Shown: piece by piece, positions 44,781-58,986 of the stretch | Layout of the letters: the number at the start of each line of letters is the position of its first letter | Position numbering within the stretch: the first letter of the stretch is position 1 | From: Selaginella moellendorffii | Lineage: Eukaryota; Plantae; Lycopodiophyta | NCBI RefSeq assembly: GCF_000143415.4 | Contig: NW_003314374.1 | Coordinates: forward strand, 476,030-540,029 | Direction of reading: 5' to 3' | Length of the DNA: 64,000 bases | Notes under the pieces: generated by a model | The model's input: the letters and a program-made list of their open reading frames with translations, nothing else | Databases searched by the model: none | What the model was told of the DNA's origin: nothing | Made by a program: the position numbers and the translations under genes

Positions 44781-47700
44781 TGTAAGGAACCAACTCCCCG
44801 AGGTGTCGTAGGCTAAAGGATCCCCAAAAGCATGACCAGAATGACAAAGAGTTCATCAGATGGGACCGAGTCTGAGATTGAGTCCAAGATTGACTCTGAG
44901 ACCGAGTTCGAGATGGAGTCCGGAATCGAGTCCGAGGCCGACTTGGAGACCGAGTTCAAGACCGAGTTCGAGACCGAGTTCAAGACGGAGTCCGAGATCC
45001 AAAAACGGGTCTGAGACCAAGTCCGAGATCGAGTCTGAAGTCGAGTCGAGACCTAGTCCGAGTACTAATACAAGTCAAGGGGTGAAAGCCCAAAGCGTGC
45101 ATCTCCCGGGGGGGCTGTAGGGGGTTCCAAAAGTATAGTAGGGATAGTGAGGTCTAGGAACCAATCTTGAAGGAACTCTCCAGTGGTGCTTCCAAACTGA
45201 CTTGAGGTTGAGACTGGGGTTGCGGGGCCTTGGGTGGGAGTGAGCATGGACTCGGGTAGTGCTGGAGGGGCCACCCAGGGAAGTGCTCAAGAGCAGCTCA
45301 TACTCCCGAAAGGGAAACCAACTGTAGTGCTCCTGGCTTATATGGAGTGGTGCCCCACTTGAGTACTTTGTGGCTCATTGGTCAGGGACTTGGGCCTTCC
45401 CTTTGGGATGGAAGTGGGGGGGGGGGTAGAGGTACCCATACCTGGCCGTTAGGCGACGGTGTTTCGCCTCGGCATCCTAAAGCAAGTGTTGCACCCAAGA
45501 CTTGAGATTTAGAGGGTCCCATGATCAAGTCTTGTGGTACCAAAGGATGTTAAAAACCTGGAGGCTTGGTGTGCTTGGCTGCTTGTGCCTGCGGGGAGTG
45601 TAGCCGAACCTTAAGTCCAGTCTAACCCGGGGAGGGGGATTGAGAGAAATTTGGGAATCCGTGGATGGATGGCTGTCGCGAATGTGACTTCGGGTATCGA
45701 AAGTTACCTGTCGACCAGTCCTTTCGGATATTCTTTCCTTACTGCCACGACGGCAGGAGGTCGGTATTGCTGGACTCGTTATCAGTCTCCGCCTGAGCTA
45801 GTTGAGAAACTGGTCATCACATGTGCACTTAGACCGGAAGGGCACTAAGGAAGGAAATCCTAAGTTGTCATTTGTCAAGCAGACTTGATACGGTGATGAG
45901 AAACTCATGATGTTAACTTGCACTTGCTAGTGTTGGGAACCCCTGCGATAATGAGCTTGGTCCCTCAATATCGCTAGATAATAGCTTACCGTGTCTGCCA
46001 AACACCCTTGCTATCATGCTTTTTGTGTTAGTATCAATTCGGTCCCAAATGCTATTTATGGAAAGTGTCTAAATTTGCTCATTTGGCATATTTACGGAAT
46101 GTAGAGATCATTCTGAACACAATGGTGTTTGTCCCATGTCCAAATTCGCAATCTAAGGACATTCCATATTTAGTAAGTTTCAAGCTTGTCCCAGAGACTA
46201 ACTCCTGATACTAAAGGAGGCTTGGGGTGAAAGCCCAAAGCGTGTGTTCCTCAAGGGGGGGGGGGGGGGGGGGTTATGGGGGGTTCCAAATGTATAGTAG
46301 GGATAGTGGGTAGGTCAGGCATGGCCGACCAACCTGAGGCATAATCTAGCTCCCGCTTGCGTGCCTGTCCTTGTTCTGCATCCGGCTTGGGTCTAAGCCC
46401 AAGTTCCATTCCATGCTAGCTAGTGGAGTACCCATATCTTCACATTAGGCCACCGGTATGCCGAAATAGCGCCAGACTCCGTTTGGCACTGTTTTGCGTG
46501 CTGGTCCTAGCATTAGGATGCTGGTTACTCTAGGACTGTTCCAAGTTGCTCTAGGCTCCTGTCCCTTCGCTCTTTGGGCTGTATGCTCGGGAGTTGCTCC
46601 GTGGTTCGGTTCCGTCACTCCTCAGTTCCATGCTTGGGAGTTTGACACCGTTCCTTCGTTCAGTGGCCCAAGGCCCTGAACCTTGGGTTCCGCACCACTG
46701 TCCTTTGGACACATGGCATATGACACATGGCATGTGTCACGTGGCAGAAAGAGGGTTTAGGTTCCGCTTCGTGGTGTTATCCTATGGTAAATCACCATAG
46801 GATAAAGGGTCAAAACCACGTGTGCTACAATGGCTAACACTCCGTTGCTCGTGTAGTGAGAAGCTGAAACCGAGTAGGACCAAGTAGGAGCTAGTACCAT
46901 AGGCAGGGACCTTGGTGAGGGAACTTAGCAAAAGCCAAGGCAGTGTTGGACGGATAGATGAGGTAAGCTGGCAAATTGGAAAGGAAAAATTTATGGCTTA
47001 CAATTTTGTATCGGAGCTTTTTCCTCAGTTCTAGCGAAGGATAAAGGCAGATTGCTAGGAGATGGCAAAAGGAGGGTGTAAGCGAACCAAGGCAGAGACA
47101 GAACCTCCGCCAGAGCTGGAGCCTCTGGTCGAACAAGAGGTTATGGATGAGGATCCTTACATGAGGAGGACTCCAGTGAGGAAACTTCTAAACAGGAATT
47201 CGATAGCGAGGTTTGGTCATCCAAGGCTCGATTGGATGTTCTAGAAGGACAATTGGCATAGACCAATGACCTGCTGGAGACTCTCGTACACAAGGTAAAG
47301 CGTGACGAGAAGCAGAAGAAAAAACGAAAGATTGTAGATACTGGCAACATAGAAGGTGCGGACCCTTCGGTTGGGACTGAGGTAGAACCAAACAAGGTCA
47401 AACAAACTGAAGTGGAATCAATCCCTCAAGCAGTTCCCAAGTACAAACCAAAACCCTCACCGGTCTTCAAGGGAGTTAATGACTATAAGGTGGTAGAGGA
47501 TTGGTTTTACTATATGGAGGACTACTTCCGAGCGTTGCGGTTACCAAGCTCGGAGAAGGTCCCATATGCAAAACCATACTTGGTAGATAATGCCAAGTCT
47601 TGGTGGAGAACGACAGAGGCCAACGAAGGACCAGTGGCCACTTGGGAAATGATGAAGGCGAGGATCCGCGCAACTTACGTTCCCCCAAATGCTACTCTAC

Positions 47701-50700
47701 ATCTAAGAGATGAGCTGAGTACGCTGAAGCAAACCGAAACCATTCAGGAGTATGTGAATGCATTTATGGCAAAGAGGATACTTGTCATGGACATGGGTGA
47801 TATGGATGCATTCCATGCCTTCATATCAAGCTTGCAAACCTGGGCTCACGGTGAGGTCATGCGTTAGAACCCGACCAACTATAAGGAAGCATTGGATGCG
47901 GCCATCAAGGTGTATTTCAACGATAACCTGCGAAAGGGAAACACGACGGGGTCGGGGTCCACGTTTAGCAAAGGGGCCAAACCAAGGGGAACATATAGCA
48001 AAGGGAAATTTAAGAAGAGTTTCTCTAAGAATGAGTCTTCGGGGTTTTAGAAAGGCAAATCCGGCGGCCAGCGAGCAAGTACGTGGGGGAGTCAAACAAA
48101 AAGAGACAAACCCACAGATAAGAAGGTCAAGTCGTTAAACAGCGTGGGAAACAACGTATGCTACAACTGCAGTGAAGTGGGACACTTTTCGAGGGAATGT
48201 CCCTACCCGAAGAAGGCCAAAGCCAATATGGCCATTAAGTCAGGTGAAGTCCAAATTGAGGTATGTGATCCAATCCCTAGTTCAAAGTTACTCATTACAC
48301 GAGCAACTTTAGTAGAGAGTCGTTCACGACATCTACTAGCCCTCCGAGGGAAGCTCGGAGGTAGCTTTGTTAAGTTCCTTATTAACACAAGTGCATCGGA
48401 TAATTTTGTGGTTGCAGATATAGTCCAGCAAGCCGGACTAACGGTGCAGCGGCTGGGCGAACCAACGACTATAGAGTTTGTTCAAGGCAGCCAAAGCACC
48501 GATGAGGTACTTCGACAAGCGAGAGTCGAAGTGGGGACATGGAAAGTAGACATGGATTTCACCGTGTTGGATATGGCGGGATTTGACATGATCTTCGGGA
48601 TGGATTTGTTCAATTGGTTCGTGGTAGCCCTGCATGGACAAGGTAAGAACCTTGTGCTACTAGCGAATGCTCAAGGAAGAAGATCTAAGATGGAGGCTCA
48701 AGATCTAAAGGTAGGGCAATGCAAGGCCAAAGATTCCTACCTAAACCTAGTGTCCACGAGAGGACAACTCACTAAAGGAACCAAGGCAGCATTTTTGTGG
48801 TTACTCTTGGTGAAGAGTGACAAAAAGACGGGACCGGAAGAAGTACCTTTAGTGATCTAGCGGGTGTTGGACCAATTCCAGGATACCATGCCGAAGGAGT
48901 TACCGGCGGGGTTGCCCCCCGCACGACCGATAGAACATAAGATTGAGCTAGCCGAGGGTGTTGAGGCAGTGGTTCATCCGCCCTATCGTTTGAACGAAAA
49001 GGAACTCGAGGAGCTCAAGCGCCAACTAAAGGAGTTGGTGGACAAAGGGTATGTTAGGTTGAGCAAGTCCCTGTATGGGGCGCCGGTGTTATTTGTAAAA
49101 AAGAAAGATGGATCTATGCGCATGTGCATAGACTACCGGTTGCTCAACAAGTATACAAAGAAGAACAAGTACCCTTTGCCAAGGATCGAAGACCTATTCG
49201 ATAGGTTGGGAAAGGCAAAATACTTCTCGAGGATTGACCTAAGGTCAGGATACTACCAAATCAGGGTAGCAAAAGAAGATGTTGAGAAGACAACCTGTCG
49301 AACAAGGTATGGGAGCTTTGAGTTTCTGGTGATGCCCTTTGGGCTATGCAATGCGCCAGCAACATCTTTGTACCCTATTTAGATCACTTTGTGGTCATCT
49401 ATATTGACGACATCTTGATCTATAGCGAAACGCTAGAGGAGCATGCCGAACACTTAACGAAAGTGTTTAAGAAACTAAGGGAACATCAGCTGTATGCTAA
49501 AGAGAGAAAATGTGACTTTGCTCAACAAGAGGTAAAGTTTCTCGGGTATGTGGTGGGCAAGGACTGGCTCAAAGTGGACCCTGAGAAGGTCCAAGCGATC
49601 CAGGATTGGGAGCGACCATCAAATATACACGAGTTAAGGGCATTCTTGGGGCTACGCAACTACTACTGAAAGTTTATCAGACACTATTTGAGAGTAGCCC
49701 TACTCTTAACGGACCAAACGGGAAAAGGGAAGATGGTATAGACAGTAGAATGCGAGGCAACATTTGTCCACCTCAAAGGGAAGTTGAGGAAAGCTCCCAT
49801 GTTGGCATTACTAGACTTTGGTAAGGACTTTGAGGTAGAAACGGATGCTTCAGACTTTGCATTGAGCGTAGTTTTAAAGCAAGACAACCATCCAGTAGTA
49901 TTCTTCTTGAAGAAGTTGGACAAGGCTCAATGGAAGTGGCCTGCCCACCAGAAGGAATTGTTTGCGGTGGTCAAGGCGCTCAAGGAGTGGTGACACTACC
50001 TTGGGAGACACTTCAAGGTTTACATGGACAATGTGGCAATGAAACACTTCTTGTCACAACCCGACCTGAGAGGGAAACAAGGTCGGTGGGCCAATGCTTT
50101 AGCTGAGTTTAATTGTGAGATTCTGTACAAGCATGGGAAGAGCAACATCGTGGTAGATGCGCTAAGTCAAAAAGCGAGCTTGAAGTTGGCGATATCCAGT
50201 GTGACAGCAACCTTTTGGGATGATGTGCAGACAGCATATGAGACTGATGGTCTAGCACAAGAAGTGTTGCTGAGGAATCTGGAGGCACGAGAAGCTCACT
50301 AGAGAGGTGAGCTGCCAACGGAAGAGAAAACGGGCTATGCGGAACGCAATAGACTCATCTATTACAAGCAAACGAGGGTGTATGTTCCAGAAGGGGAACT
50401 AAAAAAGGTAGCCTTGGAAGAGTGTCATGACAGACCTCTTGCGGGACACGGCAGAGTGCCCAAAATGATGGGCTTACTCAAGAGAAAGTACTATTGGCCA
50501 GATATGGCTAAGGACGTCCAAGACTATGTAAAGACATGCCCAACATGTCAGCAGGTCAAAGCTGTGACTAAGGCTAGTGGGGGCTTGTTGGAAAGCATCC
50601 CAATTCCAGATCATCCGTGGAAATGTCTTACGATGGACTTCATCACGGAACTCCCCCCAAGCGAAGGGTTTGATGCAATATTCGTGGTGGTGGACCGATT

Positions 50701-53160
50701 TTCAAAGATGGCACATTTCATACCCACCACAACGGAAGTGGATGCGGAAGGTGTGGCAAAGTTGTTTTTCAAACAAGTTGTTTGAGTGCGGGGAAGGCTA
50801 GAAGAGATTATCTCATATCGAGATAAGATCTTCACCAGTAGGTTCTGGAGAACTCTCTTAGAACAGTATCGCATCAAGTTGAAATTCAGCACAGCCTATC
50901 ACCCATAGACAGGTATTGGGTATTAAGTCAAGTTTGATGGCACTAACACTTCTTGATAGACAGACAAACGGAAAGGGTGAATAGGCAGCTGGAGGATTAT
51001 TTGCGATACTATGTCTTAGGAGACCAGACTGATTGGGTAAGTCATTTGGGACTTGTGGAAATGTGTTATAACAACTCACTGCATTTGAGTATCGGGGTGA
51101 GTCCATGGAGAGTTACCCGCAGTGGAGGCATTCACAGCGGAAAGACTCAACATTTGGAATCTAGTGAGGGATTCCTTGGAACGGGCTCAACAAAGGCAAA
51201 CCAAGTATGCGAACCAGAAGCGGTGGGATGTTGAGTTCCAAGCTGGGGAGAAGGTGTGGCTGAACACCAAAAACCTCAGGCTACCAAGTGGGATCAGCCG
51301 GAAGTTGACCCAAAGGTAAAAATGCATGTATTCCTGTAAATGAATTGATCTTGATTTCCTTAAGTAGGTTTCTAGGGCCTTACGAGATTGAGGCACGAAT
51401 CGGTAAAGTGGCTTACCGTCTTCGACTTCTTTGAGAGATGGGGAAGATACACCCAATGTTCCACGTGAACTTACTCAAGCCGTACTTTGAGGATCCGCTT
51501 CGCAAGGACCAAGTAAGACCTTTACCTGAGGTTATCCAAGGGGAAGAGGAATACGAAGTCGAGGCCATCCTCAAGGCGCGCAAGAGCAAGCGACAAGGAC
51601 GCGAGGTGAGAGAGTTCCATGTGAAGTGGAAAGGATTTTCACACTACGAAGCAACATGGAAACAGGAGGAGAACCTAGCGAACGCGTGAGATCTAGTGGA
51701 GGAATTTCTACAAAGCAGAACTCTATGTACTTATGCAAAGTTCAATTAAAGTATCAATTTGTGAAGTTGAGCAATGGCATATGTTAGGACCCAAAGGCGC
51801 GCCAAAGGTAAGCTAATTAGCATGGGTTAGCTAGGTCAACCAGGCATAGGGAAACTACGCCTGACTCCCTGCGGGGATGTTGAATCTGTAGATGTATTCT
51901 ACGGAGGAGTAAAGCAAGGCTGGGTTCAAGTCCCAACCCCATACTAAGGCATGGTTAGGTGAGGGGTATAGGGACACCTATATTCCATTGTCATGGGCTC
52001 TTGGCCGGGGAGGCTAACTTAGGCACACCACTAAGTGGGGGGATGCCCCTAGAGACATGGTCAACAAGTCGTAGGATAAAAAGAGATGTTCGATGTGGGC
52101 ATCAAACTTCTTCTATGGGTGGTGGAGTTGTAAGGAACCAACTCCCCGAGGTGTCGTAGGCTAAAGGATCCCCGAAAGCATGATTGAAATGACAAAGAGT
52201 TCATTGGATGGGACCGAGTCTGAGATCAAGTCCAAGACTGACTCTGAGACCGAGTTCGAGATGGAGTCCGGAATCGAGTCTGAGGCCGACTTGGAGATCG
52301 AGTTCGAGACCGAGTTTGAGACGGAGTCCGAGATCCGAAAACGGGTCCGAGACCGAGTCAGAGATCGAGTCCGAAGTCAAGTCCGAGATTGGGTCTGAGA
52401 TCAAGTCCGAAATCGAGTCCGAGACTGAATCCGAAGTTGGGCTGCAAGGGGTTCCAAAAGTATAGTAGGGATAGTGAGGTCCAGGAACCAGTCTTGAAAG
52501 AACTCTCCAGTGGTGCTTCCAATTGACTTGAGGTTGAGATTGAGGCCGAGGGGCCTTGGGTGGGAGTGAGCATGGACTCAGGTGGTGCCGGAGGGGCCAC
52601 CCAAGGAAGTGCTCAAGAGCAGCTCCCACTCCCAAAAGGGAAACCGACTGTGGTGCTCCCAGCTCATGTGGAGTGGTGTCCCATTTGAGTACCTTGTGGC
52701 TCATTAGTCCTCGCCCTTCCTAGGGGCTTGGGCCTTTCCTTCGGGATGAAAGTGGAGGGGGGGGGGGGGGGGGCATACCGGGCTGTCAGGCCATGGTGTT
52801 TTGCCCTGGTGTCCCGAAGTAAGTGTTGCACCCAAGACTTGGGATTTAGAGGGTCCCATGATCAAGTCTTATGGTACCAAGGGATGTTAGGAACCTGGAG
52901 GCTTGGTGTGTTTGGCTGCTTGTGCCTGCGGGGAGTGTAGCTGAACCTTAAGTCCAATTTAACCCAGGGAGGGGGATTGAGAGAGATTTGGGAATCCGTG
53001 GATGGATGGCTAACACTCAGTTGCTCGTGCAGTGAGAAGCTGAAACCCAGTAGGACTAAGTAGGAGCTATTGGCGAGGGAACTTAGCAAAAGCCAAGGCA
53101 GTGTTGAATGGATAGACGAGGTAAACTGACAAATTGGAAAGGGAAAATTTATGGCTTACA
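44781..53160 (+). mobile_element. Full-length, decayed Ty3/Gypsy chromovirus LTR retrotransposon
   Basis: LTRs TGTAAGG...CTTACA at 44781-47002 and 52129-53160. TSD AGCAA/AACAA and an iMet-like PBS at ~47004. Contains gag, a CCHC knuckle, protease, RT (YIDDILI), RNaseH, integrase and a chromodomain (YEVEAIL..VKWKG), with many stops. Confidence 0.93.
45674..46829. mobile_element. Solo LTR inserted into the 5' LTR
   Basis: TG...CA termini with a perfect ATGGC TSD (45669-45673 and 46830-46834). It is absent from the 3' LTR, which reads GGATGGCTAACACT. Confidence 0.88.
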
Positions 53161-55400
53161 AACAAGTCTTCTGACTAGTGTAACATTGTTTCATGCATAA
53201 GCATGAAAGCCCTTAACCATTGACTTTCATGCAAAGTTATCTCTTTTAACACTCAGGAACTTGTTCCTTAATCTTAATAGCCTCACCTCATGACAAGATT
53301 CAAGACCATACTTCTGCTATGCCACTCTAATTTTTGCCTAATTCTATAAACCATTTACATTTATCTTTCTAAATGTTAATTTACTTAGAATTATCTTTGG
53401 GAACTTTGAAGGGACTCTCTCCCTTAGTTTGCTAAGGCCTTTCCTTTCACAAGCTTTTTAATCACTATATAGTCTAACATGAATAATTCCATACTTTATA
53501 TAGCATTACGGTTGTCAATAGCAACACCTTTAAACACCCTCTTAATTCTCCATTCCTAACTTGCATAACCACTTTTAGCTATACCCTTTAATATTTATAA
53601 TTCAGTTTTATTCTTTTATTATTTGTTTTTTGGTTTTACACCTTCCTTTTAGTTATTCTCCTTCTGGCTATGAGGGTAGTTTTGCACTTTCTACCATGCC
53701 TTAGTAAGTATTCTTAGGGATGAATTTACTCAATAATTTAAGGAGTGGTTCTTCAATTTGAGTATACTCACTATGTAATCCCACACACCAGAATTACGTA
53801 TGCGCCTTTTTATGCGTATTGCTAGCCATGCTAAAATCCCTTTTGGTTTTGTTTAATTCGAATAGATGGACTTTTCTGTCTCCGCAACTTTGGATATTGG
53901 ATAGCACCTTCTATCCATTATTAGCTAAAGACTTTGTTTCTTAGACTTTATCTAATGCCTTCATGATACCAAACACCACTTCTTGGTATTTTAGAGTGTT
54001 TAAGTATCTCAATAATGGTCTTCTTTGATAATGAGCATTTCTTTTAACACATTGACTTACTATATCTCAATATAAGTAATTTATCCCTCCAAGGAATATA
54101 TTTAACCTCCTTATCCCAATAAAAAGTTTTAGAAAGTTAACTTCCACTAATCCAATTAATTATGTTTGCACCTTTTGCTTAGTTGCCCCATAGTTGACAA
54201 GTACTACAACTCATTGCTAGTGCTTCCACACCTTCATCATTATCTGGGTCACCACACTCTAACCGTATGCCTTCCAACTTAAGTTATACTATTCTCATTT
54301 CCATTGGGATTCCTTTGGCAAGGGGCTTTGGTGAACCTCACTAACTTGACCTTAAGGCATCATCTTTTGAGACACTTGGGGTCTCTACATTGTTAGCTTC
54401 ACAAGCTTACTTTCATGATACTTTCCATTTGTGTTTAGGTCTTTGCCAAGGCCAAAGCAATGATTTCTCATGCCAACTATCAGTTAATATCACACTATAG
54501 TGTTCACACACAACTCTATACCAAAGTTGCTTTCTTCTAAGGACACCTTTTTTATGACATTAGTATAGCACATTCTATCATTAACAAAATACTTATTATT
54601 CTTATATTTGGATTTTATTATCCTCCCCATCCTTTGTATAGTACAACACACCTCAGTCCAAATGTTTTTATTGATCCTTTAGGACCATTCTTTGATTCCA
54701 CTTAAGTCATCCAGCTTTTTTGGACTTTGTTAATTTGACGACCCATAAGGTCTTACCCTTATAACTATTTCTAAAATGCTAGCTTATTAAAATATAACTT
54801 TTTGTATTTATGTTCTACTCAGAAGGACCATATTTGCAAGTGTTATTCCAACACTTGATTATTCCTTATTCTATATGGGTTAACTTTGCCCCTTAGGACT
54901 ATCTGTCTATATTATGAGAGTACCAAATCATCTTTTAAGTATATCCCAAATTCCTTGGGTTGTTCCAACATTTATTAAAGATAGCCCCGGCTACTATTTC
55001 AAGGACCTATGTCATCAGCTATATTTGACCTACTACAGTTACTAACTCCAGTCTCAAATTCTTGAGCACCATCCTCAACTTTATAAAGACAACTTTATGA
55101 CTCCTTTATTGTCTAGGAGTTTCTATCATTCTCATGATCTAAACTGTAGTTGTTTACTATAACCACATAAATTAGTTTGTTAAGTCAAACACTTATATAG
55201 ATCACTTCCTTAACTCTTTGAGAAAAACATTTTACTGTTCCCAAGATCCTAAAGTTGTTCTCTTGTTAGCCCCTTTATATTCACCATATGGCCTACCCAT
55301 TTGCATGAACTATAGTGGAGAGCTATGTCCTCTTGACATAGTACTTCTCGAGGAAGGCCCACTACTAGGACCTTCCAATGCTAATATATTTAACCACCAA
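53161..55400 (-). mobile_element. Highly decayed older retroelement pol remnant
   Basis: RT-like traces only (e.g. a CGDY-like segment near 53775-53790) and no long ORF. Confidence 0.3.
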
Positions 55401-55404
55401 TAAA

Positions 55405-56580
55405 AGTCAGATTTGGGATTTAGAGGGTTTTATAATCAAACTTTGTTATACTAAAGGATGTTAAAAATTTGGAGGCTTGGTGTGCTTGGCTATTTGTGCC
55501 TGCGAACCTTAAATCCAATTTAACCCAGAGAGGGGGATTGGGAGAGAATTTGAGAATCTATGAATGGATGGATAATATATTATTATTTGTGTAGTGAGTA
55601 GTTGAATCCAAATAGAACCAAGTATGAGTTGGTACAATATGTAAAACCTTGACAAGGGAATTTAACTAAGGCCAAAGCAGTGGTGGTTGAATAGATAAAG
55701 TAAACTACTGAAAATAAATATTTATAACTTATACGTATCAGAGTATTTTCTATAGTTCTAATAAAGAATAGAAGCAAATTGCTAGGAGATGGCTAAAGCA
55801 AAGCATAATTGAACTAATGTAGAGATGGAATCTCTTCCAGAGATAGAGCCTCTAGTTGAACAATACATTATGGATGAGGAATCTTTGCATAAGGAAGACT
55901 TCAGTGAAGAGATTTCCAAACAAGAGTTTTGGGGTGAGGTTTGATCATTAAGGTTTAATTGGACACTTTGAAAGGACAGTTGACACATACCAATGCCCTA
56001 TTAAAGACCCTCGTATACAAGCTAAAGTGTGATAAGAAATGAAAGAAAACACAAAAGATTGCAATGTTGGCAGTGTAGAATTTGTTGACCCTTTAGCAGG
56101 GACTGAAGCAAAATTAAACAAAGTCGAACAAACCAAAGTAAAATCAATTTCTTAAGCAGTTCTTAAGTACAAACCAAAACCCTCACTGCTCTTCAAGGGA
56201 GTGAATGACTATAAAGTGGTAGAGGATCGATTTTACGATATAAAGAATTACTTTCGAGCATTATGGTTATTAAGCTCAGAAAAGGTCTTATATGCAAAAC
56301 CATACTTAACAAGTGGTGAAGGTGAGGATCCGTGCAACTTATGTTTCTCCGAATGCTATTCTGTACTTAAGGGATGAGTTGAGTAAACTAAAGCAAACAG
56401 AAACCATTCAAGAATATGTGAATGTATTTATGGCCAAAACAATCCTTGTCATGGATATGAGTGACATGGATGCATTCCATGCCTTACTGACCTAGGTTTG
56501 GGGTGAGGTAATGCATTAGAACCTAACCAACTATAAAAAAGTATCAAATGCAACTATTAAAGTGCATTTCAATGATAATC
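55405..56580 (+). mobile_element. Degenerate relative of the chromovirus: partial LTR, PBS and gag
   Basis: Homologous to 52835-53160 and 47003-47930 (ACAAACCAAAACCCTCAC; RIRATYV.PNA.L.LRDELS.LKQTETIQEYVN). Confidence 0.8.
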
Positions 56581-56581
56581 T

Positions 56582-58360
56582 ATGAAAAAAGGATCAAAGT
56601 CGGAGTTCTTTCATGGGAATCCTAAGGATGATATGTACCATTGGTTCGATCACTTCACAATGATTGTTATATATCATTCTTGGGATGATGCTCGACATTT
56701 GCATGAGTTTCCCATATCTTTAAGGTATAGCGCTACAATGGTACAATGGTTTGAGCAAAGCCACTCATAGGGATTAGAGTGTTCTCCCAAACGTCTTCAA
56801 ATGTGCATTTAGACATGCTGATGATTGTGATGATGCCTTCCAACAATTGCATCATCTTTGTCAATGGCCATTTGAGTCGGTGATGCAATTTGGCATCCGT
56901 TTCCGAAGCCTCTTGCTTCTTACAAAGCCAAATATGTTGGAGCGGATCAAGCTAGGAATGTTGTGGCCAGCATATGAGGTTTGTGAGGCTCAAAAGATTG
57001 AGCTATGGATTCGAAGGCTTCGAGAAGAGTTTGAGAATCTTACATCACTTGCTGATGACTTGCCATTCTAGCATTTACATTTTCAATATCGCCTTGAAAA
57101 CAACTTTCTTTATTGTGTGGGGACAGATGCTAATGATCATTTATGGCCAATGGTGCCTTCAATCTTTATTCCATAGTTTCTCTAAGCTTACCATAATTTT
57201 CTTGTTCTAAGTGGGTATATAGGACATTGTCGTGTGACTGAGAAGCTGTGTATGTCTTTCTATTGGCTAGAGATATGCCATGATATTATCCAGTATGTAC
57301 GTATCTGTGTTTGGTATCAAGCGTTGTAATACTCCCCCTCATGCTACAGAAGGACAGTGGAGTCAATTGTAGTTTCCATATAATGTATTCCACGAAATAC
57401 GATTTTATAGAACATTTTTCACGATCAATTGCTAGTAATGAAAGTGTTATTATTGCTTCTGACTACTGACTTTGTTGGGTGGAAGTTGATGCTTTTGCTA
57501 GCACCTCTGCAACTGCTATTGGATACTTCCTCTTCAATCAAGTGGTGTTTCAGCATTTTTGTCCAAAACGGATTTTTTTGGATAATGGTCTTGCATTTAT
57601 GGCTAAGGCATTTCATGTTTTGACATCTTGGTTAAGGATACGCTACACTTTTGCGAGTGCTTATCATCCACAATCAAACAGTTTGGTAGAATGGCTCATT
57701 TGGACGTTCAAAGAGATGATCACGAAATATGTAAACTTTTAGCATTTGGATTAGGATGGTTATTTGCCATCTCTTTGGTATATATATGTCACAGGGGTGC
57801 AGAGTTCTGTTGGTGTTTCACCATATAAACTCTTATATGGTTATGATCCAATATTATTAATGGAGGTAGGTTTACCTTCACAATTGCCACGAGCTGCTAA
57901 TGCTATGTTGTGGGATCAATATATGATGAGCATTCTTCCACTTATCTGAGCAAAGTGTGCCAAACACTTAGGCTGCGTACAAGTGGGACAACAACGGCAC
58001 TACAATTCTCACCATCGTCCATCTACGAAATATAAAGTGGATGACTTTGTGTTAGTCTGTTTTTCTTGTCTTACAATATATGGTTTATCTAAGGGGCTTC
58101 TTGTTTAGTGGAAAGGACAGTATTAGGTGTTGTGGCAAGTTGGACCACAAATTTATAAGGTTCAACATGGTCCAACAAGCCAATCCTCTAAAAATTATGC
58201 ATATGCAACGATTGAAACATTTCATATAAAGGGATTAAGAATAGTTAATATCACTTATAGACCACGATGCCTCCTCCTGATGTTCTTCCAGATCCCAACC
58301 CATTTACACAAGAACCCTGATGGTCTTCCATTATTTTGAGAAAAGGGGATGATGTGGCTA
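56582..58360 (+). mobile_element. Decayed Gypsy gag/integrase remnant of another family
   Basis: Integrase fragments (FLDNGLAF..SAYHPQSNSLVE; SPYKLLYG) and a PPT-like GAGAAAAGGGGATGA at ~58339. Confidence 0.6.
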
Positions 58361-58683
58361 CGATGCCATATACTAATATTAGCTAATACTAGTGGGATTT
58401 TGGTAGCTATCGGATTGATTTCAATCCGGACCACTATATAAGTTAGGGTTTTTAGGCTAATGGATATACACATTTTTGTATTCCATTTTCATATTCCATG
58501 CACTTATAGTGCTTTGTAATTTAATAGTTAAATGATTTGGTGATGTGCATTTAAAAAAAGAAATATACATATAAATACAAATAATTTTCTAAGCTATGAA
58601 GAATTATAAAAGTAACAATTTTTTCTAATTTTTTTTTTCATTTTATATTATAAAAATTCATTGCACTTTACATGCAGTAACAC

Positions 58684-58986
58684 TTGGTTTACTTAGTAGT
58701 AGTGTCAATATTATTTAGTATTTGTATGATCAATAATTAGAAATATTTTTATAATTTATAAATCAAGATTAATCTTATTTTATATCAATTATTAGATCAT
58801 AGAATAAAAAGGAATATACTAGACAGTGTTTAGGGAAGTATATAAATTATAAACATGTTTATAATTATAAATACAAAATTAACCTAAACGAATAACAACA
58901 GTTAGATGGTAAAATATCCTAAAATATCCAAATATATTCTAGGTATATTCTCTAGTCCCCATTTAGGTTTTTCTTAACTAAACCAA
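58684..58986. mobile_element. MITE-like element, copy 2 (inverted relative to 20901-21181)
   Basis: Termini TTGGTTTACTTAG and TTAACTAAACCAA. The interior is homologous to the reverse complement of copy 1. Confidence 0.55.

Noticed and set aside
44860-45060. Short periodic repeats resembling a CRISPR array or repeat protein (also 52210-52440)
   Set aside because: No unique spacers. They are tandem 6/12-mers inside both LTRs.
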